Part shown: positions 1 to 8,919 of the stretch, piece by piece
Layout of the letters: the number at the start of each line of letters is the position of its first letter
How positions within the stretch are numbered: the first letter of the stretch is position 1
Origin: an uncultured Desulfurivibrio sp.
GTDB taxonomy: Bacteria > Desulfobacterota > Desulfobulbia > Desulfobulbales > Desulfurivibrionaceae
Reading direction: 5' to 3'
NCBI GenBank assembly: GCA_964588325.1
Contig: CAZPOR010000002.1
Span: forward strand, 242,919 to 274,918
Length of the DNA: 32,000 nt
The notes under the pieces: model-generated
Database searches by the model: none
The model's input: the letters and a program-made list of their open reading frames with translations, nothing else
Told to the model about the DNA's origin: nothing
Made by a program: the position numbers and the translations under genes

Positions 1-935
1 TTATCTGTCAGCCTTTGGAGCGGGGTTTTGCCACGACTATTGGGAATTCCCTGCGGAGGATACTGTTGTCTTCCATCCAGGGGGCGGCTATTACATCGGT
101 GAAAATCGATGGCGCCCTTCATGAGTTGTCAACCATTCCAGGGGTTAAGGAAGACGTTACCCAGATCATTCTTAATCTGAAAGAAGTGCGCTTGAAACTC
201 AATACTCCCGGCTCCCAGGTCGTCCGGATTGAAAAAAACAAGTTGGGTACGGTTACGGCCGGGGATATTCTCTCCGGAGGCAAGGTGGAGGTTATGAATC
301 CCGATAAGGAGATTTGCACCATCACCGGCGAGGGCGTTTTCAAGGCTGAATTTGAGGTGAAATGGGGCAAAGGATATGTTCCTGCCGAGAAAAACAAGCC
401 CGAAGAGCAAGTGATCGGGGTAATTCCCATCGATGCTATTTTCACCCCCATTGTCAACGTGAAGTCCCTTGTCAGCCAGGCCCGTGTTGGCCAGCAGACC
501 GATTACGATAAGCTGACCTTGGAAATTACCACCGATGGCAGTGTGAGGCCCGAGGATGCCTTGGCCTATGCAGCAAAAATAATGAAGGAGCAGTTGCAGG
601 TCTTTATCGCTTTCGATGAAGAATCTGTTGAACCAGCCATTGATGATGCACGCGTTGACAATCGGTCGCCTGTTAATGAGAACCTCTATCGCAGCGTGGA
701 GGATCTTGAACTTTCCGTCCGTTCAGCAAATTGCCTCCGTAATGCAGATATCCGTTATATCGGTGAGCTGGTGCAGAAATCCGAGGCGGAGATGCTGAAG
801 ACCAAAAACTTTGGTCGTAAATCTCTTAATGAGATCAAACAGTTGCTGTCCGAGATGGAGCTTTCGCTGGGCATGAAATTAGAAGGCTGGGAGCCTCCTG
901 TCGTGTCAGACAAGGTGTCTGAAGAGCAGTCATAA
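1..935 (+). CDS. rpoA: DNA-directed RNA polymerase alpha subunit, 5'-truncated by the window edge
   Basis: The frame is open from nt 3. The translation ..[21 protein letters not shown].. matches the conserved RpoA N-terminal-domain motif. The C-terminal [23 protein letters not shown] is the alpha-CTD helix-hairpin-helix. rplQ follows, as in the canonical alpha operon. Confidence 0.95.
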   Translation, partial: ICQPLERGFATTIGNSLRRILLSSIQGAAITSVKIDGALHELSTIPGVKEDVTQIILNLKEVRLKLNTPGSQVVRIEKNKLGTVTAGDILSGGKVEVMNPDKEICTITGEGVFKAEFEVKWGKGYVPAEKNKPEEQVIGVIPIDAIFTPIVNVKSLVSQARVGQQTDYDKLTLEITTDGSVRPEDALAYAAKIMKEQLQVFIAFDEESVEPAIDDARVDNRSPVNENLYRSVEDLELSVRSANCLRNADIRYIGELVQKSEAEMLKTKNFGRKSLNEIKQLLSEMELSLGMKLEGWEPPVVSDKVSEEQS

Positions 936-954
936 ATCTGGGAAGAGGGTAGTT

Positions 955-1341
955 ATGAGACATAGAAAAGCAGGCAAGAGACTTGGCAGGACCACATCCA
1001 ACCGTCAGGCCATGGTTCGCAATATGGTTACCTCTCTGATCGAGCATGAGAGAATTATAACCACCGCCCCAAAGGCGAAAGAAGTTCGTAAGGTGGCCGA
1101 CCAGATGATTACCTTGGCAAAGCGTGGCGATCTTCATGCCCGTCGTCAGGCCTTGTCGTTCATGCAGGACAAAAAAGTTGTCGCCAAGCTGTTTGATGTT
1201 CTCAAGGATGAGTACATGACCCGTGATGGTGGGTATACCAGAATTATCAGAACCGGAAATCGCCTTGGTGATGCAGCCGAAATGGCCATCCTTGAATTGG
1301 TGAATTATGGTGCAGTGAAAGAGGTAAAAGAGGATAATTAG
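955..1341 (+). CDS. rplQ: 50S ribosomal protein L17
   Basis: 128 aa beginning [37 protein letters not shown], the typical L17 N-terminus. A GAGGG-type RBS precedes it, and it lies directly after rpoA. Confidence 0.95.
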   Translation: MRHRKAGKRLGRTTSNRQAMVRNMVTSLIEHERIITTAPKAKEVRKVADQMITLAKRGDLHARRQALSFMQDKKVVAKLFDVLKDEYMTRDGGYTRIIRTGNRLGDAAEMAILELVNYGAVKEVKEDN

Positions 1342-1367
1342 TATAGTCATCCTTATGTGAAACGCCA

Positions 1368-1406
1368 AGCTGGTTTGAACGGATTGTTCAGGCCAGCTTT
1401 TTTTTG
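1368..1406 (+). terminator. Rho-independent terminator of the rpoA-rplQ transcript
   Basis: Stem AGCTGG (1368-1373) pairs with CCAGCT (1393-1398) and is followed by a T-run (1398-1405), 27 nt after the rplQ stop. Confidence 0.7.
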
Positions 1407-1498
1407 TCCCGCATTTGTACGCCACTACAGGGTTGCGGTGTTGGGGGTTGGACTATATTGACTGGTGTGTTTTTTGGCAGACAAAAGAGGATGCGCAA

Positions 1499-1864
1499 AT
1501 GAAGAGTACGGGCATGATCGAGGCGGAGATCAGCGATGCGATCATCAGATTTGAAAAAGAATACATGGGGCGTGGACCCCTTGAAACCAAAACGTATATT
1601 GTAGATGACATGGTGCTTGTGCGCTTGAAAGGGGTATTGACTAAAGCGGAGTACCAGTTGGCAGGTGCTGCCGATGTTACCAACGGGCGGGAATTGATTA
1701 AACAAGTTCGTTGCACTTTGCTCGAAAAAGGACGGCCATTGCTGGAGGCCGTTATAGAAGGGATTATAGGTAAAAAAGTCAAAAGCTTGCATACGGACAT
1801 TAGTACAGTCACAGGTGAGAGAATAATTTTATTCACTCTTAATTCGGCCCCGGATCTGTTTTGA
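1499..1864 (+). CDS. DUF2294-family small protein (121 aa)
   Basis: MKSTGMIEAEISDAIIRFEKEYMGRGP...VLVRLKGVLTKAE... fits the DUF2294 pattern as I recall it. The start at ATG 1499 is preferred over the track start 1415 because AAGAGGA lies 6-7 nt upstream. Confidence 0.7.
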   Translation: MKSTGMIEAEISDAIIRFEKEYMGRGPLETKTYIVDDMVLVRLKGVLTKAEYQLAGAADVTNGRELIKQVRCTLLEKGRPLLEAVIEGIIGKKVKSLHTDISTVTGERIILFTLNSAPDLF

Positions 1865-1988
1865 CAGCTCTTTTTGTCTTCACATAATTGGACGTTTTTT
1901 TTTATTGACTTCCGGGGTATCGGAGGGTAAGTTTTTGTTTAAATAGGTTGAGACTTGGGGGGTGTTAAAAACATCTGCCAAGAAAGGA

Positions 1989-2032
1989 CCGTACGATATC
2001 TGACGTGTTTCTGATATTGTGCGGTTTTTTTT
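1989..2032 (+). terminator. Strong intrinsic terminator (12-bp stem plus T8) in the 1865-2324 gene-free region
   Basis: CCGTACGATATC (1989-2000) pairs with GATATTGTGCGG (2013-2024). Two of the pairs are G-U and form only in the + strand RNA. The loop is 12 nt and TTTTTTTT follows at 2025-2032. Confidence 0.65.
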
Positions 2033-2094
2033 GCCTGAAACATATCTGATATTTTGTCCAGCCGACTCAAGGGTTGAGTGCGGTTCTTGGAATG

Positions 2095-2139
2095 AAGGTC
2101 GATGCATCCTTTTTTAAGGATTCTTCGACCTTTTTTTTT
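2095..2139 (+). terminator. Second intrinsic terminator-like hairpin with T9 tail
   Basis: AAGGTCGA (2095-2102) pairs with TCGACCTT (2125-2132). An inner ATCC/GGAT helix sits at 2106-2109 and 2118-2121. The T-run is 2131-2139. Confidence 0.55.
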
Positions 2140-2324
2140 GTATTCACGCAGTTGCCCGGAGCGATTTCCCCGGCCGCCTTTGAACGACGGTTTTATCAAA
2201 TACAACGAGCTGCGTATTGATTTGGTGTCCACTATTGACGACCGACCCCATAATGCCGGGTTTCAGAGCTGAAAATGGTGGGTGCGCCAGTGCACCGAAA
2301 TACATCCGCACACAGGAGGGAACA

Positions 2325-2825
2325 ATGCAAAGCAAACCACTTGTAGGAATTCTGATGGGCAGCGACTCGGATCTTCCGGTTATGGAAAAGGCGGGAGCGG
2401 TGCTTGCGGAAATGGGCATCTCTTATGAAATGGATATCAGTTCCGCACATCGTCTGCCGGAGAAAACAGCGGAGTATGCGGGTACGGCCAGAGAGCGCGG
2501 CCTTGAGGTGATTATTGCCGGAGCTGGCATGGCGGCGCATTTGGCCGGGGTCATTGCTGCCCACACCACTTTGCCGGTTATCGGGGTGCCTCTGGCATCA
2601 GGAGCCCTGCACGGAGTTGACGCGTTGTACGCCACGGTGCAGATGCCTCCTGGGGTTCCGGTGGCGACCGTGGCGATTGATGGCGCAAAGAATGCAGCCT
2701 ATCTAGCCTGTGAAATTTTATCGATCAAATACCCTGAGGTCGCAGGAGAGCTGGAAAAGTTCAGGGCGGAAACCCGTGCAAGTCTGATGAGAAAGGCGGC
2801 AGAGCTAAAAAAAGACAAAGCCTAG
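2325..2825 (+). CDS. purE: N5-carboxyaminoimidazole ribonucleotide mutase (PurE)
   Basis: [20 protein letters not shown]...SAHRLPEKT...[14 protein letters not shown] carries the PurE signature motifs GSxSD and SAHR. The AGGAGGG RBS at 2314-2320 supports ATG 2325 rather than the track start 2217. Confidence 0.9.
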   Translation: MQSKPLVGILMGSDSDLPVMEKAGAVLAEMGISYEMDISSAHRLPEKTAEYAGTARERGLEVIIAGAGMAAHLAGVIAAHTTLPVIGVPLASGALHGVDALYATVQMPPGVPVATVAIDGAKNAAYLACEILSIKYPEVAGELEKFRAETRASLMRKAAELKKDKA

Positions 2826-2838
2826 TCGTAACGGCACA

Positions 2839-5160
2839 GTGGGACAGAACAGGTCGTTTAATCGTGGAGACACAAGGGAGATTTTTCTTTTGCTGCTAAA
2901 ATTGGTTCCGTTTTTACCCTGGCTCAGGGAGTACGACAAGGAAAAATTCAAGGCGGATGCGTTGGCCGGCATTACCGTGGCACTGGTGCTGATTCCTCAG
3001 TCCATGGCCTATGCGCAGCTCGCGGGCCTGCCGGCGTATTACGGTTTGTATGCTGCTTTTCTTCCGCCGATGGTGGCGGCTTTTTTCGGGTCGAGCAGGC
3101 AGCTTGCCACGGGTCCTGTGGCGGTGGTTTCTCTGGTGACCGCAGCGTCTCTTGAGGCCATTGCCACTGCGGGCAGTGAGCAGTTTATCGCCTACGCCAT
3201 CATGCTGGCCCTTATTGTTGGCCTCTTTCAGTTCTGTCTTGGCATCTTCAGGCTCGGACTCGTGGTCAATTTTCTTTCCCATCCGGTGGTCAGCGGTTTT
3301 ACCAATGCTGCCGCCATTATTATAGCTACTTCGCAGTTGTCGAAAATACTCGGGGTCGAGGCAGATAAGGCGGAATATCATTACGAAACCATTTTTCTTG
3401 TGTTGCAGAGAGGCATGCAATACACCCACTGGCCGACATTCGGCATGGCTGTCCTGGCTATCGCCATCATGATGGGGGCGAAAAAATTTTTTCCGAAAGC
3501 ACCGGCAATTTTGGCCGCAGTTGTGGTCACCACCCTGATTTCCTGGCTTAGCGGTTTTGAGCGCCACCAGACCGTCTCGCTGGAGGATTTACGGTCGCAG
3601 GAAATTCAGGAGCTGGTGAAAGAGTTCAATCATGGCGTGGAGAAAATAAGGATTTATAGCGAACAGCGCTCGACGGTGGTCGGCGAAATCGATGCGGCAA
3701 AAAACAGGGATGGTTTTGACCCGTTGGCGCTTTTGCAAATGCAACACAACAAGGCCGTGCATAGCCTCATGCTTGATGAGGCCAAAGAAAAGATGCAGGC
3801 TGGCAGATCAGCCTTGCGAGCCATGCAACTCAGCGCTGTTCAAACGAAAGATGGGGTTGTTTTTTACCGGAAGGGGGAGACTCCACCGGAAATGAAAGAA
3901 GATGGCCGGACATGGCGGATCACGGCGGGCAATAATGCTTTGCCGGAAAACCGTTTGGTTCTCAGCGGCGGAGGCGCGGTGGTCGGCAATGTCCCCCAAG
4001 GTCTTCCTTCCCTGCGCTTTCCGGAATTCAACCTCCAGGTATTTTCGCAGCTTTTTTCCTATGCCGCGATTATTTCCCTGCTCGGTTTTATGGAGGCAAT
4101 TTCCATCGCCAGGGCCATCGCCGCGAAAACAGGACAAAAACTTGATGCCAATCAGGAATTGATAGGTCAGGGCCTGGCCAACATCATTGGCTCCATCAGC
4201 GGTTCCTATCCTGTGTCAGGCTCGTTCTCGAGATCAGCGGTGAATCTGCAGGCCGGGGGCAAAACAGGATTGTCGAATGTTTTCAGTGCAATTGCCGTTA
4301 CCGTGACGTTGCTGTTTCTGACGCCCCTTTTGTATCACCTGCCCCAGGCAGTTCTCGCCGCAGTCATTATGATGGCGGTTATCAGCCTTGTGCAGGTGAA
4401 AGGGTTTGTTCATGCCTGGAAGGCGCAGAAGGCGGATGGGATAATTGCCGTGACCAGTTTTTGCGCGACTCTCGTTTTTGCCCCGCATCTGGACAAGGGA
4501 ATACTGCTGGGCGTTTGTCTTTCCGTGGCGGTGTTTTTGTATCGAAGGATGCATCCCAATGTGTCAACCCTGGCAATGAGTAACGATGGCGTGTTGGGCT
4601 GCACCGTCGATCACAGCCTCCGGGTGTGCAGTCACATCGCGGTGATTCGTTTTGACGGCACGCTTTTCTTTGCCAATGCCAGTTATCTGGACGAACAGGT
4701 GTTCCGGATTCGAACCGCCAATCCTGCGCTGAAATTTATTCTTCTGGTCGCTGATGGCATCAATGACATCGATGCCTCCGGTGAAGACGCTTTGTCCCTG
4801 CTGGTGGACAGGGTGCGCCGGGCCGGGATTGGTTTTGCCATGTGCCGGGTCAAGGGGGAAGTGATGGCGGTCATTGAAAGAACCGGGCTTGCGGACAAGA
4901 TCGGCAGAGAGATGATCTATGCCGGCGAAGAGGGCGCCTTGCAGGAGATCATCGCCCTGACCCACGATATGACCAAACGTAAAGCATGTGGCGTGTGTCC
5001 GCTGATGACCCATATGCCGACGGTTAACGAGAAAAAAGTGTACGGCGGATGCGGGTCCGCCACGACAACCGGAGTTTTGAAAAAGATGGTTGAACAGCGG
5101 GGCTATTCATTGGGCAAATTGCCCAAGAAGATTGTCGCGGCATTGGCCGCCAGCGTTTGA
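2839..5160 (+). CDS. SulP-family anion transporter with C-terminal STAS domain, unusually long (773 aa)
   Basis: The N-terminal ADALAGITVALVLIPQSMAYAQLAGLPAYYGLYAAFLPPMVAAFFGSSRQLATGPVAVVSL is the SulP core signature. The motif VGNVPQGLPSLRFP and further TM segments follow. The STAS-like part is AVIRFDGTLFFANASYL...DASGEDAL. The start is uncertain: GTG 2839 has no RBS, while in-frame TTG 2890 follows AGGGAG. Confidence 0.85.
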   Translation: MGQNRSFNRGDTREIFLLLLKLVPFLPWLREYDKEKFKADALAGITVALVLIPQSMAYAQLAGLPAYYGLYAAFLPPMVAAFFGSSRQLATGPVAVVSLVTAASLEAIATAGSEQFIAYAIMLALIVGLFQFCLGIFRLGLVVNFLSHPVVSGFTNAAAIIIATSQLSKILGVEADKAEYHYETIFLVLQRGMQYTHWPTFGMAVLAIAIMMGAKKFFPKAPAILAAVVVTTLISWLSGFERHQTVSLEDLRSQEIQELVKEFNHGVEKIRIYSEQRSTVVGEIDAAKNRDGFDPLALLQMQHNKAVHSLMLDEAKEKMQAGRSALRAMQLSAVQTKDGVVFYRKGETPPEMKEDGRTWRITAGNNALPENRLVLSGGGAVVGNVPQGLPSLRFPEFNLQVFSQLFSYAAIISLLGFMEAISIARAIAAKTGQKLDANQELIGQGLANIIGSISGSYPVSGSFSRSAVNLQAGGKTGLSNVFSAIAVTVTLLFLTPLLYHLPQAVLAAVIMMAVISLVQVKGFVHAWKAQKADGIIAVTSFCATLVFAPHLDKGILLGVCLSVAVFLYRRMHPNVSTLAMSNDGVLGCTVDHSLRVCSHIAVIRFDGTLFFANASYLDEQVFRIRTANPALKFILLVADGINDIDASGEDALSLLVDRVRRAGIGFAMCRVKGEVMAVIERTGLADKIGREMIYAGEEGALQEIIALTHDMTKRKACGVCPLMTHMPTVNEKKVYGGCGSATTTGVLKKMVEQRGYSLGKLPKKIVAALAASV

Positions 5161-5231
5161 GTTGAAAGACAGGCAAAAACGATTTTTTTAGAAACCGAAT
5201 TGAAACAATAACAACAGGAGAAACAAAAAAC

Positions 5232-8200
5232 ATGTCCCGAAAAATGGTCACCATTGACGGCAACCAGGCGTGCACCCATGTGGCTTACGCCACCAGTGAG
5301 ATTATTACCATCTATCCCATCACCCCCTCCACTCCCATGGCGGCAGAGTCCGACACCAAGGCGAGTGCCGCCCGGAAAAATATCTGGGGTTCAGTGCCGG
5401 TCGTAACCCAGATGCAGTCCGAGGGCGGAGTGGCCGGATCCCTGCACGGCTCTCTTACCACCGGTGCGCTCTGCACCACCTTTTCCGCTTCCCAGGGACT
5501 CATGCTTTTGTTGCCCAACATGAACAAGATTGCCGGAGAGCTGACCTCCACGGTTTTTCATGTCACCGCCCGCTCCCTGGCTTATCAGGGATTGTCCATA
5601 TTCGGCGATCACAGCGATGTCATGGCTGCCCGCCAGACCGGCTGGGCCATGCTCTGCTCCCAGAATGTCCAGGAGGCCCAGGACATGGCGCTCATCGCCA
5701 CCCAGGCAACGCTCAAATCACGCATTCCCTTCATGCATTTTTTTGACGGTTTCCGCACTTCCCATGAGATTCAGAAGATAGAGCAGCTCAGCGAAGAGGA
5801 TATGCGGGAGATGATAGACGAGGAGTTGATTCTTGCGCACCGCAAGCGGGGTCTTTCTCCGGATCGCCCCATGATGCGCGGAACAGCCCAGAATCCAGAT
5901 GTCTATTTCACCGGACGGGAAACAGTAAACAAGTTTTATAATGCTGCGCCGGGAATTGTTCAGGAAACCATGGACAGATTCGGCAAGTTGACCGGCCGCA
6001 AGTACCATCTTTTTGATTATTTCGGCGCCCGTGATGCGGAGCAGGTGATTATTATCATGGGTTCTGGAAGCGAGACGGCGCGGGCCACGGTTGAGCACCT
6101 GATCGTCCAGGGCAGGAAGGTCGGACTGATTGTGGTTCGCCTTTTCCGGCCTTTTGATTCTGCCGCCTTGATTGGCGCTTTGCCGGACAGCGTGAAGCAG
6201 GTTACGGTGCTTGACCGGACCAAAGAGCCCGGCGCGGCCGGAGAACCGCTGTATCAGGATGTGCGCACGGTGATCGGAGAAGCGCTTGACGAGGGCGTTT
6301 TGTCTGCGGTTCCGGTTATTTTTTCCGGCCGTTATGGTTTGGGCTCTGCGGAGTTTACCCCGGCCATGGTCAAGGCGGTGTTTGACAACATGGGTGCGGC
6401 AAGGCCGAAAAACCATTTCTGCGTTGGGCCTGATGATGATGTGGCCTTTACCAGTCTCGCCTATGATCCTTCCTATGACATCGAGGGCAAAGATGTCTGC
6501 CGGGCGATGTTCTATGGCCTTGGAGCGGATGGCACCGTGGGCGCCAACAAGAACACCATCAAGATCATCGGTACGGAAACGGACAACAGCGCCCAGGGAT
6601 ATTTTGTCTACGATTCGAAAAAATCCGGATCCATCACCACCAGTCATCTCCGTTTTGGCAAGAACAAAATCATGGCGCCGTACCTGATCAATAAGGCCAA
6701 TTTTGTCGCCTGTCATAATTTCACCTTTCTCGATAAGTACGACATGCTGACCAACATCGAGGAGGGAGGCACCTTCCTGCTGACCACGACCTACAAAAAA
6801 GATGAGGTCTGGGGTCATATGCCGGGCAGGGTACAGCAGCAGATCATCGACAAAAAACTTAAATTTTATGTCATTGATGCTCTCAGTCTGGCCGCGGCCA
6901 TCGGTCTGGGCGCCAGGATCAACATGATCATGCAGACCGCTTTTTTCCTGATTTCCGATATCATCAGCCAAGATGAGGCGGTGGCCTCCATCAAGGGGGC
7001 GATTAAAAAGACGTACGGGGTCAAGGGAGACAAGGTGGTGAACATGAACTACGCCGCAGTGGATGCGGCCCTGGAAAATATTGCCCAGGTGACAGTGCCG
7101 AAAACCGCCGGCGGTCACGCCATTCCTCCCACCGTGCCGGAAAACGCCCCCACTTTTGTCAAGGAAGTCTCCGCCCGCATGATCGAGGGGAAAGGCGCCT
7201 CCATCAAGGTTTCCCAAATGCCTGCCGACGGCACCTGGCCCACGGCGACCACCCAGTATGAAAAACGCAACATTGCGGTGCAGGTGCCCGTGTGGGAGGC
7301 AGAAACCTGTATCCAGTGCGGACAGTGTTCCCTGGTGTGCCCGCATGCGGCTATTCGGATGAAAATCGTCGAAGGCGCGGCCCTGGTCAAGGCTCCGAAA
7401 ACCTTGCAGAGCGCTGCCGCAGTGGGGAAGCAGTTTGAGGGACGACGGTGCGTCATTTCCGTCGCCACCGAGGATTGCAACGGCTGCAGCCATTGTTTTC
7501 AGGTGTGCCCGGCCAGGCATAAGGATGTGGCTGGCAACAAAACCGAGCAGAAAGCCCTGGAAATGGTCGCCAATACCGAGGAAGTCCGGCAGCGCGAGTC
7601 CGGGAATTACGCGTTTTTTCTCTCCCTTCCGGAACTCGATTATGCGGAGGTCAATCCGGCGACCATCAAGGGAAGTCAGCTCATGCGCCCGTTGTTTGAA
7701 TATCCCGGCGCCTGTGTCGGTTGCGGGGAGACGCCGTACATCAAATTAGCCACCCAACTGTTCGGTGACCGGATGTACATTGCCAATGCCACAGGGTGTT
7801 CATCGATCTACGGCGGCAACCTGCCCACCACCCCTTACTGCAAAAGAAGCGACGGCCGGGGGCCGGTCTGGTCCAATTCTCTTTTTGAGGACAACGCGGA
7901 GTTCGGTCTTGGCATGCGTCAGACCATAAACAAGCTTGGTTCGCAGGCTGTTGAACTGTTGCATGAAGCAGTAGCGACCGGGGGTGTTGATAAAAGCGCC
8001 ATGGATGCATTGCTTGAAGCCCCCCAGAGTAGTCAGCTTGAAATCGAAGCCCAGCGGGAGAGGGTTGCCGAGCTCAAGGAAAAGCTGGCCGCAGGCGACT
8101 TTGCCAAGGCGGCGCAATTGCAGCATGTGGCTGATTATCTGGTGAAAAAATCGGTATGGATCTTTGGCGGCGACGGCTGGGCCTATGATATCGGCTACGG

Positions 8201-8804
8201 CGGCCTGGATCATGTTCTGGCCTCAGGCGAGAACGTCAATGTGCTTATCATGGACACCGAGGTCTATTCCAACACCGGAGGGCAAATGTCCAAGTCAACC
8301 CCCCGAGCGGCGACCGCCCAGTTCGCCGCAGGTGGCAAACGGATGCCCAAGAAGGATATCGGGATGATTTTTGCCACCTATGGGAATGTCTATGTTGCCA
8401 AGATATCCATGGGCGCGAATCCGGCTCAGGTGGTCAAGGCGTTCAACGAGGCGGAGGCGTATAACGGGCCATCGCTGATCATCGCCTACTCACACTGCAT
8501 AAACCACGGGATCAATATGGCCCTGGGGCTTGATCAGCAGAAAAAAGCGGTGGCATGCGGGCACTGGCCTCTCTACCGTTATAATCCGCAGCTTGAGGAA
8601 GCGGGGAAAAATCCGCTTGTGATCGATTCTCCAGCCCCGTCAATCCCTTTTGCTGACTATGCCATGAATGAAAACAGATACCGGGCATTGAAGCTCACTA
8701 ATCCAGGGATGTTTGATGAGTTAATGAGGCTGGCTCAGAAAGATGTGGATAAGGGCTGGAAATTTTTGCTGGGCAGGGCAATGAGCCTTGAGCCCGCTCA
8801 ATAA
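5232..8804 (+). CDS. nifJ: Pyruvate:ferredoxin (flavodoxin) oxidoreductase, single-polypeptide NifJ/POR type (1190 aa)
   Basis: The N-terminus [34 protein letters not shown] is typical. Two ferredoxin-type motifs are present ([12 protein letters not shown] and [12 protein letters not shown]). The TPP-binding region reads [17 protein letters not shown]. The length is typical of homodimeric PFOR, and an AGGAGA RBS precedes the start. Confidence 0.95.
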   Translation: [1190 protein letters not shown]

Positions 8805-8831
8805 TTGTTTTTGATAAAAAAACGTTGGCCT

Positions 8832-8875
8832 CCGGAGTTACTGCTTTATGAACAGGCGGTAACTTCGGTTTTTTT
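8832..8875 (+). terminator. Intrinsic terminator after the PFOR gene
   Basis: CCGGAGTTACTGC (8832-8844) pairs with GCGGTAACTTCGG (8856-8868) and is followed by T7 (8869-8875). Confidence 0.65.
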
Positions 8876-8919
8876 ATGCTGCAGGCGACCATGCCTGCGT
8901 GGAGGACGCATAGTCAATC

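Noticed and set aside
2140-2324. A purine or ZTP (pfl) riboswitch in the purE leader.
   Set aside because: I looked for the purine-riboswitch core and for the ZTP signature (..CCGCCUGGGC..). Only a weak CCGCCUUUG and generic hairpins (for example GGTGC-gccagt-GCACC at about 2280-2296) are present, so there is no supportable match.
4706-4716. GGATTCGAACC, which resembles a tRNA T-arm.
   Set aside because: It lies inside the SulP/STAS coding region in a well-conserved frame, and no acceptor, D or anticodon arms can be built around it.
5718-7520. A 600-aa ORF antisense to the PFOR gene. Similar long antisense or overlapping ORFs are 10341-11231(-), 11098-12930(-), 13728-14363(-), 15460-16125(+), 17826-19154(+), 19974-20825(+), 20853-21473(+), 22139-23800(+) and 24063-25781(-).
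   Set aside because: Each lies fully opposite or out of frame to a gene with unmistakable family motifs. Their translations are Arg/Gly/Pro/His-rich low-complexity strings typical of shadow ORFs in high-GC DNA. None has a convincing RBS.
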